From an uncultured bacterium (GTDB taxonomy: Bacteria > Abyssobacteria > SURF-5): 64,000 nucleotides of DNA. The stretch lies in the NCBI GenBank assembly GCA_964607485.1, contig CAZSKP010000006.1, positions 43,344 to 107,343 of the forward strand, read 5' to 3'. Positions 17,634-26,645 of the stretch are shown here, in pieces; the stretch's first letter is position 1; each line of letters starts with the position of its first letter. Below the pieces are notes generated by a model that was not told the DNA's origin, made no database searches, and worked only from the letters and a program-made list of their open reading frames with translations. The translations under genes and the position numbers were made by a program.

Positions 17634-18836
17634 ATGCCTAAGTATGGATACAAGGCGGTGAGCGCCGAAGGAGCGAACGTGAGCGGCACGATGTATGCCG
17701 CGAACGCGCAGGAACTCGAGCGCATGCTCGATTCGCTCGACGTCTATCTCATATCCGCCAAGCAGAAAGGCGACGCTCCCACGTTTCTCCTCGGGCGGCG
17801 CGTTTCCCGCAAGGAATTGATAGCGTTCTCGATTCATCTCAGCACGTTGATAAGCGCCGGTGTGCCCCTGCTGGCCGGCCTGGAGGAGCTTGAAAAGGAA
17901 GCTGGAAGCAGGGCGTTCAAGAATACCGTGGCGGATGTCCGAAGAAACATCGAGACGGGGAGCACGCTGGCCGACTCGCTCTCGATGCATCCCGAGGCGT
18001 TTTCCCAGTTGTACGTGAGCGTTGTGAGGGCCGGCGAATCGACGGGAAAGCTCGACGACACCCTGAACGATTTGCTCACGTTCCTCGAGTGGCAGGAGGA
18101 GCTGTCGAGGGATGTGAAGCAGGCGGTCATTTACCCGTGCATGGTGCTGGCGGCGGTCATCGGGCTCATAGCTCTTCTGCTCGGGTTTGTCTTTCCGAAG
18201 TTCATATCGATCTTTGAGCAGTTCGATTTCGCGCTGCCGCTTCCGACGAGAATGCTGATGTTCATGAGCAGATTCTTTGTCAGCTACTGGATATGGCTGC
18301 TCGTGGGCATTTTCCTTGTCATCGGCGCGTTCAATCTCATGAAAAACCGGGAGGCCGTCCGAGAGATCATCGACAGGGCCAAGCTCGGCTTTCCCATTCT
18401 CGGGCCGCTGTTCCAGAAGATCGCTCTCTCGCGTTTCGCCCATCATCTGGGGGTGCTGTTCAAATCGGGAGTCAGCCTCACGCAGTCCCTCGAAATAGTC
18501 GAACGCGTGGTGGGAAACAGGGTGTTGGGCAGGGAGATAGCCATGGCCGGCGAACGGGTGGCAAACGGCGAGCCCCTCTCTCAGGCCCTTGAGGTGAGCA
18601 GACGTTTCCCCGGGCTGGTCATCAGGATGATCCGCGTGGGCGAACAGACGGGCGATCTCGACCAAACGCTGGGCAAAGTGAACAAGTATTATGACCGCGA
18701 GGTACCCGCCACGGTCAGAAAAATTTTCACGGTATCCGAAGGCCTGCTCCTCGTGGTCCTGGGTGGAATAGTCTTGTTCGTGGGGCTGGCCATAATCCTG
18801 CCGCTCTATCAATTCCAAGGGGCGATTCTGCACTAG
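17634..18836 (+). CDS. GspF/PilC/MshG inner-membrane platform protein
   Basis: LSTLISAGVPL, RAGESTGKLD, AVIYP, LPLPT, IRVGEQTGDL. Confidence 0.95.
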   Translation: MPKYGYKAVSAEGANVSGTMYAANAQELERMLDSLDVYLISAKQKGDAPTFLLGRRVSRKELIAFSIHLSTLISAGVPLLAGLEELEKEAGSRAFKNTVADVRRNIETGSTLADSLSMHPEAFSQLYVSVVRAGESTGKLDDTLNDLLTFLEWQEELSRDVKQAVIYPCMVLAAVIGLIALLLGFVFPKFISIFEQFDFALPLPTRMLMFMSRFFVSYWIWLLVGIFLVIGAFNLMKNREAVREIIDRAKLGFPILGPLFQKIALSRFAHHLGVLFKSGVSLTQSLEIVERVVGNRVLGREIAMAGERVANGEPLSQALEVSRRFPGLVIRMIRVGEQTGDLDQTLGKVNKYYDREVPATVRKIFTVSEGLLLVVLGGIVLFVGLAIILPLYQFQGAILH

Positions 18837-18846
18837 GGAGACTGCA

Positions 18847-19755
18847 ATGAATGACAATCGCACAGAATGGCATCTTGCGGGTCGGACGAAGGGATTCTCG
18901 CTCATCGAGATGATTATCGCCATCGCGATTCTTGCGGTGCTGTCGGCCGCGGTTGTGCCCGTGTTGTATCGCGGCATCGACGCCCAGAGACATCAGGCCA
19001 CGTTCGAGGAAATGGAGGCGATCGCCGAGGCGATTGTCGGGAACCCGGCCGAGGACAATTACGGCTATATCGGCGACATGGGCGGTCTTCCCGCGAGCCT
19101 CAACGACCTGAACACCAACCCCGGCGCGACCACTCATTCGGTCCAGACGAACGGGGTGCCCATGGGCTGGAACGGCCCGTACTTGAACGTCGGCTCCACG
19201 CCGAACGATTACCTCTCCGATGCATGGAGCAGACCCTATGTCTATAACAGTGCAACCGGACAGATAACCAGCGGCGGGCTGAATGGAACCGTCGGCGATG
19301 CAGACGACATCATCGTGCCGCCGAATCCTGTGGTCGCCTCCGGGACCGTCGCCGTCACGGTGACGAGCGACAGCATTCAGAATCCGGGAAGCACGGACAC
19401 GCTTGACGACACGATGGCGGTCGTTGTGGTTCTGTTCTCGAACAACGGAGTCGAAACCGCTGCTGCAACAACCTACAATGGGTCGAGCTTTGTAGCCACC
19501 GGGCCGAACATTCACAGGGGCGTGCACGCCGTGATTGTGAACGGACTGGACGGACCGGTTGAACCAGGACCGGGCCAGGGCCAGGGTCAAGGTCAGGGAC
19601 ATGGCCAAGGTCAGGGGCAAGGTCAGGGCCAGGGGCAAGGGCAAGGCCAGGGTCAGGGCCAGAGTACCGACACCGATGATTTTTCTGGGCGGACTGGCGC
19701 CGCAAACGTCGTGGTCGGTCAAGGCGTTTCCACCGTGACCGTGTACATTCGGTAG
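18847..19755 (+). CDS. GspG-like (pseudo)pilin 3 with C-terminal extension containing a (GQ)n tract
   Basis: KG/FSLIEMII, GDMGGLP, GWNGPYL, DAWSRPY; 15 Gly-Gln/His dipeptides at 19573-19662. Confidence 0.87.
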   Translation: MNDNRTEWHLAGRTKGFSLIEMIIAIAILAVLSAAVVPVLYRGIDAQRHQATFEEMEAIAEAIVGNPAEDNYGYIGDMGGLPASLNDLNTNPGATTHSVQTNGVPMGWNGPYLNVGSTPNDYLSDAWSRPYVYNSATGQITSGGLNGTVGDADDIIVPPNPVVASGTVAVTVTSDSIQNPGSTDTLDDTMAVVVVLFSNNGVETAAATTYNGSSFVATGPNIHRGVHAVIVNGLDGPVEPGPGQGQGQGQGHGQGQGQGQGQGQGQGQGQGQSTDTDDFSGRTGAANVVVGQGVSTVTVYIR

Positions 19756-19773
19756 GAAGAGGGCTGTCTCGAA

Positions 19774-21420
19774 ATGAAATCGCAATCTGTCCTCGCTTTG
19801 GAAGTGGAGGATTACAACCTGCTGGCCGTGGAGGCGGTCCGGAGGGCCGAGTCGGTCAAAGTCCTCAAATTCGGCCGATTCACCCTGCCCGAAGGAGCCA
19901 ACGGCGAGGGGTTGGGCCGTGCGATCAGGACGGTTCTCCGTTCAAACGGATTCACCGAGAAAAAGGTCGCAGTCCTGTTCTCCAGCGAGTTTGTCGAACA
20001 TCGCCTGCTCGACCTGCCCTCGGTTTCCGGATCCAAACTGGCCGCCATCGTCAAGGGACAATCCATGAAGGACTCCCGACTGGCCGCCATCGAGCAGGTG
20101 CAAAACCAGTTCTGCGTCCTGGAGGAAGTCAAGGAAAAGGGCAAGACGAAGAAGAGGGTGTTCTGCACGAACTTCTCTCAATCGGAACTGCAAAACATAT
20201 TGCTGTCGATGTCGGAGGCCGGGCTTAAACCCTGTTACGCAACATCGGCGTCGGCTGCACTGTCGCAGCTTGCGCTTGCCTGTTCTCGTGACATCGGAAA
20301 GGGATGCAAGGCGCTTCTGCACATACGGGGCCGACAGGGACACATCCTCATTTTTGACAGGAAGGGCTGGTTGTTCTCGCGCGAATTCAAGCTTGCGCCC
20401 GGTTTCTCCGACGACTATGCCGCCCGCTCATTTGGCGAGACGGAGGACCCTTCCGAGGACGAGCCCTGGTCTTCCTCCAGCGAAGACGAAACGGCGTCGG
20501 GCGGCGATGGCGGGCTCTTCGCGGATATGGCGATAGACGAGATAAACCGGTCCATTCTCTACTTCAAGCAGAACAGCCGCAGGATGGTTGACGAGATTCT
20601 CCTCGCCTGCGACGACGAACTCGGGAGCGAGCTGGAAAAAAGGATCGTCGGGGAACTGGGAATTTCCGCGAAAAACTTCGATGCGTGCGAGAACGTCGAT
20701 CTTTCGGGTCTCCATAGCTCACCCAATCAAGAGGCATTCGCCCTGAACGAATATCTGCCCCTTATCGCGCTCATCTCCGCGCCCGAGTCGCAGATATGCC
20801 CCAACCTGATTCCATCCGACTTTCTCGAGCGGCGGGCGAGGACGGCGGCGAAGACGATTCTGGCGGTCGTCGCGCTTGGACTTCTCAGCGCGGGGGTGGT
20901 CGGATATACAGCCCTTGCCTACAGCGACAGGACGCTTGCCGCCCTCTTGAGGCAGAAGCAGGCCTATATGGAAACGAGGCGGTCGCGCATTGAAAATCTG
21001 GCCGAGCTGATGAGCAGGAAGAAGTCGTTCACGAAAAAGGAGCTGATTCTGAAGCAGTCGCTCGCGCCCCAGCCTCCCTGGGCGGAGATGCTGAGGCGGG
21101 TGAGCCTGATGGCTTCCGATGAACTCCTGCTTACTCGGTTGTCGGTCGAGAGGAGAGGCGACGGCTGTTGGGTCAGCGTCTCGGGCGAGGTGCGCGCGGC
21201 GAGTCCAAACGACGCCCAAACCAGCTTCCGAAAATTCTGCGATGAGTGGGACGGCTCAGCGTGTTTTTCACAGACCGTCCTGGAGCCGGTCAGGCTTCAG
21301 ATAGTCGAGAACGATTCGGGCGGACAGGCCGTCGAGCCCGCCGCCGTTGCGGCCCAATCGAAGTACAGAGTGCTTTTCAGCATGCAGTCCAAACTGGTGG
21401 GAAGAGATGAAGCTTCTTGA
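19774..21420 (+). CDS. PilM-PilN (GspL/MshI-like) fused alignment protein
   Basis: Actin-like N-terminus (LALEVEDYNLLAVE...EINRSILYF), then PNLIP, TM, coiled coil and PilN-like PWAEMLRRVS...VSGEV. Confidence 0.75.
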   Translation: MKSQSVLALEVEDYNLLAVEAVRRAESVKVLKFGRFTLPEGANGEGLGRAIRTVLRSNGFTEKKVAVLFSSEFVEHRLLDLPSVSGSKLAAIVKGQSMKDSRLAAIEQVQNQFCVLEEVKEKGKTKKRVFCTNFSQSELQNILLSMSEAGLKPCYATSASAALSQLALACSRDIGKGCKALLHIRGRQGHILIFDRKGWLFSREFKLAPGFSDDYAARSFGETEDPSEDEPWSSSSEDETASGGDGGLFADMAIDEINRSILYFKQNSRRMVDEILLACDDELGSELEKRIVGELGISAKNFDACENVDLSGLHSSPNQEAFALNEYLPLIALISAPESQICPNLIPSDFLERRARTAAKTILAVVALGLLSAGVVGYTALAYSDRTLAALLRQKQAYMETRRSRIENLAELMSRKKSFTKKELILKQSLAPQPPWAEMLRRVSLMASDELLLTRLSVERRGDGCWVSVSGEVRAASPNDAQTSFRKFCDEWDGSACFSQTVLEPVRLQIVENDSGGQAVEPAAVAAQSKYRVLFSMQSKLVGRDEAS

Positions 21421-22081
21421 CAATATCAGCTTTCGGATGAAGGCGCTCCTTTGCGTTCTGGCGATCGTTATCGGCATCAACGTGCTTTTTTTCGCCGTGT
21501 TTAGGCCGAAGATTTCTTCGATGGTCCAAACGAAGACGAGGCTCGAGACGCTCGTGGCCGAGATAAACAGGGAAGCCAGGGAAGAAACCGACTTCGTCGT
21601 ACCCACCGCGGAGGAGCAGAGGGAGTGGATGGGGGTCGAGTCGGAGCTGAGACGGAGGATTCCCGAAGACATGGAACTGCCTCGAGTGCTTGAAAGCATT
21701 GCGACATTGGCAAAGGACACGGGAATCGAAGACCTCACAATGGCCAGCCTGCCTCAGGATGCCGATGAAAATGCACCGGGTGACCGGGTCGTCCAAATTG
21801 GCGACAAGAAGTTCTCACTCTCTTCCGGAGGCGACGCTCCCGAAGGGACGAATCCGCTGGGGAATCTGGAGCTGGAGCAGGCGACGATAGACATGACGTT
21901 TCACTCCGAGTACAAGGCGCTGGCCGAGTTTCTGGAGGGTTTGTGCGGCCTTCCCCGATTTGTGCTGATAAGGAAGCTCGACATCGAGCGCGAGCTCCCG
22001 ATGATTTCGGTCAGCGTGTCCGTGAGAGTCTTCTCGCTCGCAGAGGCGCAGACGCGCGTTCAGACGATCGAGTCGAATTGA
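21407..22081 (+). CDS. PilO/GspM/MshJ-like protein
   Basis: N-terminal TM, RRIPEDMELPRVLESI, YKALAEFLEGLCGLPRFVLIRKLDI. Overlaps the previous stop. Confidence 0.8.
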   Translation: MKLLDNISFRMKALLCVLAIVIGINVLFFAVFRPKISSMVQTKTRLETLVAEINREAREETDFVVPTAEEQREWMGVESELRRRIPEDMELPRVLESIATLAKDTGIEDLTMASLPQDADENAPGDRVVQIGDKKFSLSSGGDAPEGTNPLGNLELEQATIDMTFHSEYKALAEFLEGLCGLPRFVLIRKLDIERELPMISVSVSVRVFSLAEAQTRVQTIESN

Positions 22082-22092
22082 GGACAGCCAAA

Positions 22093-22668
22093 ATGGAACG
22101 GTGGTTTGACACGAAGCGATTGGGTCTGGGAATGCTTCTGGTGATATTCATTCTTGGCGCAGTCATCCTGTGGGTCGGCAAACCGAGCAATCTCGCCCAT
22201 GGCAGCCTCGTGCGGCCTGAGCAGTCGCTCTCGTCGAGCGAATCTCAATTCGAGGCCGACAGCTCATTAGAACAGATCAAGGGCTACTTCAATGACAAGT
22301 TCCTCGTGGACGATTACGTCCATGGCCCCGGCTGGTCGGAGCATCCGTGGGGGAGAAATCCCTTCCTGACGCCGGGCGAAATACGTTTCTTCGGGAGCGG
22401 CGAACGTACGGCGACCGCCCCGGGAAGCGCCGGCAACGCCGTGAGCAGCGGAATATCGATAGTGGGAATCATGTTGGGCTCGAATGAAAAGAAGATTGCC
22501 TTGGTTGACGACGGAAGAATGCTTCGCGTCGGCGACAAAGTTGGAAACGAGTTGGTGGCGAAGATCGATATCGACGGCGTTGTTCTTGCAAGCAAGAGTG
22601 GAAGCAGGCGCATCGAGCTGCCTCAGAGCACGGTCCGATTGGAGAGCGCCACCAGGACAGTTGAATAG
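22093..22668 (+). CDS. PilP/MshK/GspC-like protein
   Basis: N-terminal TM, WGRNPF, ISIVGIM...IALVDDGRMLRVGDKV; lies between the PilO-like gene and the secretin. Confidence 0.65.
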   Translation: MERWFDTKRLGLGMLLVIFILGAVILWVGKPSNLAHGSLVRPEQSLSSSESQFEADSSLEQIKGYFNDKFLVDDYVHGPGWSEHPWGRNPFLTPGEIRFFGSGERTATAPGSAGNAVSSGISIVGIMLGSNEKKIALVDDGRMLRVGDKVGNELVAKIDIDGVVLASKSGSRRIELPQSTVRLESATRTVE

Positions 22669-22696
22669 AGGGGATTCCAAAAGAAGGAATAGGCCA

Positions 22697-24481
22697 ATGC
22701 ATACGAGAGTTCTCCGACGTCACACTTCAGAGAAGCCCCGCCCGACGCTATGGATTGTTGTGACGGGATTTGGAGTTCTGCTGCTCTCTTCTCTTGTTGC
22801 TTGTTCGACATTGCAGCCGCAACCGCCGATGAAGAATATGGACGTCATGGTTGGAGCATCGTCCGAGCCCGAGCCGGCCGAACAGCCACCTAAGCTTGAA
22901 GAGAGGCCTCTGTTCCTGTTGGGCGAGAAGGAACCCCAAGCGGGCGAGACGGCGGCAGTCCTTCCGAAAAGATTTACGCTCTCCGTGCGCGACGCCGACA
23001 TTAAGGACGTTTTGATGGCCTTTTCCAAAGACAGCGATTACAACATCGTCATTAGTCCCTCCGTAGAGGGAAAGGTTTCGGTTGACCTGAAGGAAGTTGA
23101 CATCTTTCAAGCGCTCGATTCGATTCTGACCCCTCTGGGTTACACGTACATGCGCAAGGGGAATTTCTTCCGCATCATGCCCGAGCAACTGGTGACTCGT
23201 GCATTCTCGTTCAACTACGTCACCACTCGGCGCAAGAGCGAGCGCTCTCTGACATTCACGAATATGTCGGTTGTCGGTCAGACATCGAGCGTCAGTTTCA
23301 CGGGCGGCGCGAGCGGCTCGAGCGGTTCGAGCGGAGGCGGGGGAGGGAATAACCAGAGCGAGACCACGCTTGATGATATCGTCTCCTCCAGCATATGGAA
23401 CGATGTGCAGACGTCGCTGGAAACGATTGTCTTCGGCGATTCACAATCGTCTTCTACTGGCACGGAGCAGTTGACCGGATTCAGCCGCGGGGATGAGTTT
23501 GGCAGGCGCCTCATCGTGAATCCGCAGGGAGGAACGATCTACGTCTCGGCCTTCCCGCGCGAGATGGAACAGGTGGAAGCCTTTTTGAGCGACCTGGAGG
23601 AATCGGTCAGGCGCCAGGTGCTCATAGAGGCCAGGATACTGGAGGTGCTGCTGTCCGACGAATTCGCCTACGGCGTGAACTGGAGCTATGCCTTGAAATT
23701 CCCCCACCTGAGCGATCTGGGAGGAAACCTGCTCGATTTCACCGGGACCATTTCCGATTCCACCTTTAATCAGACCCTGGCGCCGGAGGAATCCGACTTT
23801 CAGATCGGTGTCGCCAACGACCATTTCTCCGCGTTGCTGAACACGCTCGCGAGGCGGGGTCAGGTGAACGTTCTGTCGAGTCCGCGCGTCTCGACCATGA
23901 ACAATCAACCCGCCGTCATACGCGTCATAAGGGACGAGGTCTTCTTCCAGGCCGATGTGGCTCCGATCGTGATTGTCAATGGAACGGTCACGGGCGGCGA
24001 AGTGGAGTATAACCCGGTGGTCCTGCCCATCGGCGTCGTGCTGGAGGTCACACCCCAGGTCGGCGACGACGACACCATCTCCATGGACATACATCCGACC
24101 ATTTCATCGATAGTGCGGGTTGAGAAGTCGCCGATCGGCGATGAGCAGCCCGTTGTCGACCGAAGAGAGATCGACACGGTGGTCAGGGTGCGCAACGGCG
24201 ACACGCTCGTGCTTGCGGGCCTCATTCAAGAAACGCATCAGGAAACCAACCGCGAAGTGCCTTTGGTCGGGAGAATTCCGGTCGTTGGCAGTCTCCTGTT
24301 CAAGGGTACGGACCAGGAAAATGCGAAAACGGAACTCGTGATAGTGATGAAGCCGACCATCCTGAGCGATTTCAGGATTGCGCGGATCCACGAGGAGAGC
24401 ATGAACAGGCTGGGACAACTGAAGCGAAAACCCTCCATGAACTTGAATCCTTACGTATACGACAAGAAAGCCGGGGAGTAA
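22697..24481 (+). CDS. mshL: Secretin, MshL-like lipoprotein
   Basis: Lipobox LVAC, TRAFSFNYVTTRR followed by a Ser/Gly insert, RQVLIEARILEV, VLSSPRVSTMNNQPA, VPLVGRIPVVGSLLF, KTELVIVMKP. Confidence 0.85.
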   Translation: MHTRVLRRHTSEKPRPTLWIVVTGFGVLLLSSLVACSTLQPQPPMKNMDVMVGASSEPEPAEQPPKLEERPLFLLGEKEPQAGETAAVLPKRFTLSVRDADIKDVLMAFSKDSDYNIVISPSVEGKVSVDLKEVDIFQALDSILTPLGYTYMRKGNFFRIMPEQLVTRAFSFNYVTTRRKSERSLTFTNMSVVGQTSSVSFTGGASGSSGSSGGGGGNNQSETTLDDIVSSSIWNDVQTSLETIVFGDSQSSSTGTEQLTGFSRGDEFGRRLIVNPQGGTIYVSAFPREMEQVEAFLSDLEESVRRQVLIEARILEVLLSDEFAYGVNWSYALKFPHLSDLGGNLLDFTGTISDSTFNQTLAPEESDFQIGVANDHFSALLNTLARRGQVNVLSSPRVSTMNNQPAVIRVIRDEVFFQADVAPIVIVNGTVTGGEVEYNPVVLPIGVVLEVTPQVGDDDTISMDIHPTISSIVRVEKSPIGDEQPVVDRREIDTVVRVRNGDTLVLAGLIQETHQETNREVPLVGRIPVVGSLLFKGTDQENAKTELVIVMKPTILSDFRIARIHEESMNRLGQLKRKPSMNLNPYVYDKKAGE

Positions 24482-24487
24482 TCCAAC

Positions 24488-25420
24488 ATGTACGAGGAAT
24501 ATTTCGGGCTGAAAGAGCTGCCGTTTCACATAACACCCGACCCCAAGTTCATCTTCATGAGCAACGCGCACAGAGAGGGGCTGAATCACCTGCTTTACGG
24601 AATCAAGATGCGCAAAGGCTTCCTCGCGCTTATCGGCGAAGTGGGAATGGGGAAGACAACTCTGTACCGCTTCCTTTTCGAGAAACTTGGCCCCGCCTAT
24701 CCGACGGCGGTCGTGCTCAATCCGCTCCTTACCGGCAAACAGATGATCACCGCCATTCTGAGAGATTTTGACGTTCCCGTGACTTCGATAGGAAGAACCG
24801 GCGAGGCTCTGGTCGATAAGCTCAACCGTTTCTTGAAGTCGAAAAACGAGGAGAAAAAGATCCCCTTGCTGGTGGTGGACGAGGCGCACCAGCTTCCCGA
24901 TTCTCTGCTTGAGCTGCTCCGAATATTGTCCAACTATGAGACCAATCGGCAGAAGCTTCTCCAAATTCTTATGGTGGGACAGCCCGAACTGCTCCGAAGA
25001 CTTTCCTCGCCGGCCCTCCGGCAATTGAACCAGCGCATCAACGTACGCTGCTACCTCGGCGGGCTGGAGAAGGACGAGGTGAATCGGTACATCGAGCATC
25101 GGCTCACGGTCGGGGGCAACAACGGCAGTATTCGGTTCACTCCCGGCGCAAACCGGGTGATACGAAAGTCTTCACGCGGCGTCCCGAGATTGGTGAATCA
25201 GATTTGCGACAGGGCGCTCCTGAGCGCGTTTGTCCACGGCGTTCGAGTGGTCCGCAGGCGAGACGTGAGAGAAGCCATTGTGAGCCTCGAGGGCGGCTGC
25301 AGCCTGTCGCCTCTGTCGTTTCATGGCCCGTCCGGTTCGGAGTCGTATGTGGGAAGCTCGAACCAGCGGTTGAAGTTCTGCCAGCTATCTCCCGACTTGA
25401 AGATTGGAGTGCACGTATGA
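24488..25420 (+). CDS. ExeA/MshM-type AAA ATPase
   Basis: MYEEYFGLKELPFHITPDP, GEVGMGKT, VVDEAH, VGQPEL, GVPRLVNQICD. Confidence 0.92.
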   Translation: MYEEYFGLKELPFHITPDPKFIFMSNAHREGLNHLLYGIKMRKGFLALIGEVGMGKTTLYRFLFEKLGPAYPTAVVLNPLLTGKQMITAILRDFDVPVTSIGRTGEALVDKLNRFLKSKNEEKKIPLLVVDEAHQLPDSLLELLRILSNYETNRQKLLQILMVGQPELLRRLSSPALRQLNQRINVRCYLGGLEKDEVNRYIEHRLTVGGNNGSIRFTPGANRVIRKSSRGVPRLVNQICDRALLSAFVHGVRVVRRRDVREAIVSLEGGCSLSPLSFHGPSGSESYVGSSNQRLKFCQLSPDLKIGVHV

Positions 25421-26634
25421 GCCTTATCACGGAGGCGCTCAACAAATTAGACGACCGGATGAGGCCCGGAGACGTGGACGCGCACGGTGGAGACGACGCC
25501 GAGCCGATTCCCATCGCTCGCAGGCAGACTGCAAGGAAGAAAAGAAAGAAGGCGCTCTATCTTATTCCGGCCGCTCTTCTCATTATCGCAATCGGAGGCT
25601 TTCTCTCACTGAAATTCTTCGTGAAGCACCGGCCCGACAGAACCGTCGTGGCTCGGCAAGTCGAATCGAACAACGGAAGAAACGCTCCTGAAACCGGCGT
25701 GCCGGCAGTATCACAGCCTCCGGCGCAGGACGAACCGGCCGACCCGGCGGCGAGTGAGCCACAGGATGCCTCCCAAGAACCATCCGCGCCGCCGGTTGAA
25801 GAAGCGGCAGCGGCGGCGACACCGCCGACAGCAGAACCGACTCCGTCTTCATCCGTCGAGAACCCCGGTTCCGAGACCCCCGTTGCCATTAACGAGGGAA
25901 CGGTTGCAACCGAGGAACCGATTGCAGAAGAGCAAACCCCCTCCGAACCACCGGCCGAGGCCGCCATCGAAGAAGCGGAAGAGCATGATGCTGAAACAGC
26001 GTCGAGTCTTGTAACCGTATCGGCGACAGAGTCGATGCGTCAGAAATTTGCGGAGGCCTTCGACCGCGCGGTCGCTTATCATAGAGCCAAGGACTACTTC
26101 AACGCTCTCAGTTGCTACAAGCAATGTCTATCTATCAATCCCGATGCGTCGGATGTGTATGCGAACATGGGAATCATATGCACCATCATGGAAGATTATG
26201 ACGCCGCAATTTCCCATCTGAAGAAGGCTTTGAGCATAGACCCCAAGAACCCAACAGCGCATAACAACCTCGGAGTCATCTACCTGCAACGCAACGACAA
26301 TAAACATGCGTTCGCAGAATTTGAGTCGGCCCTGACTCAGAATCCCGACAACCCGGAAAGCTGTGTCAACCTTGGACTCGCCTGCATGGGACTGGGGCGT
26401 CCGAGCGGGGCGGCCCAGGCGTTTGAAGCGGCCTTGCGGCTTGCGCCCGCTCAGCCGGATGCGCATTACAATTATGCCCTGCTCCTGGACAGGCAAGGCG
26501 ACTATGAGGAAGCTATCCACCATTACTCGCAGTTTGTCCAATGGGCCGAGAAGAACGAACCCCGGAGCGTCCAACAGGTGCGAAACCGAATTCTGTATCT
26601 CCAGAAGAAACGCCTCTCGCACGAAAGCCACTAA
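25417..26634 (+). CDS. MshN-like TPR protein
   Basis: ATGA-coupled start MSLITEALNKL, TM, Pro/Ala/Glu-rich linker, several TPRs (AHNNLGVIY, AHYNYALLL). Confidence 0.8.
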   Translation: MSLITEALNKLDDRMRPGDVDAHGGDDAEPIPIARRQTARKKRKKALYLIPAALLIIAIGGFLSLKFFVKHRPDRTVVARQVESNNGRNAPETGVPAVSQPPAQDEPADPAASEPQDASQEPSAPPVEEAAAAATPPTAEPTPSSSVENPGSETPVAINEGTVATEEPIAEEQTPSEPPAEAAIEEAEEHDAETASSLVTVSATESMRQKFAEAFDRAVAYHRAKDYFNALSCYKQCLSINPDASDVYANMGIICTIMEDYDAAISHLKKALSIDPKNPTAHNNLGVIYLQRNDNKHAFAEFESALTQNPDNPESCVNLGLACMGLGRPSGAAQAFEAALRLAPAQPDAHYNYALLLDRQGDYEEAIHHYSQFVQWAEKNEPRSVQQVRNRILYLQKKRLSHESH

Positions 26635-26645
26635 GGAGAACCGAG

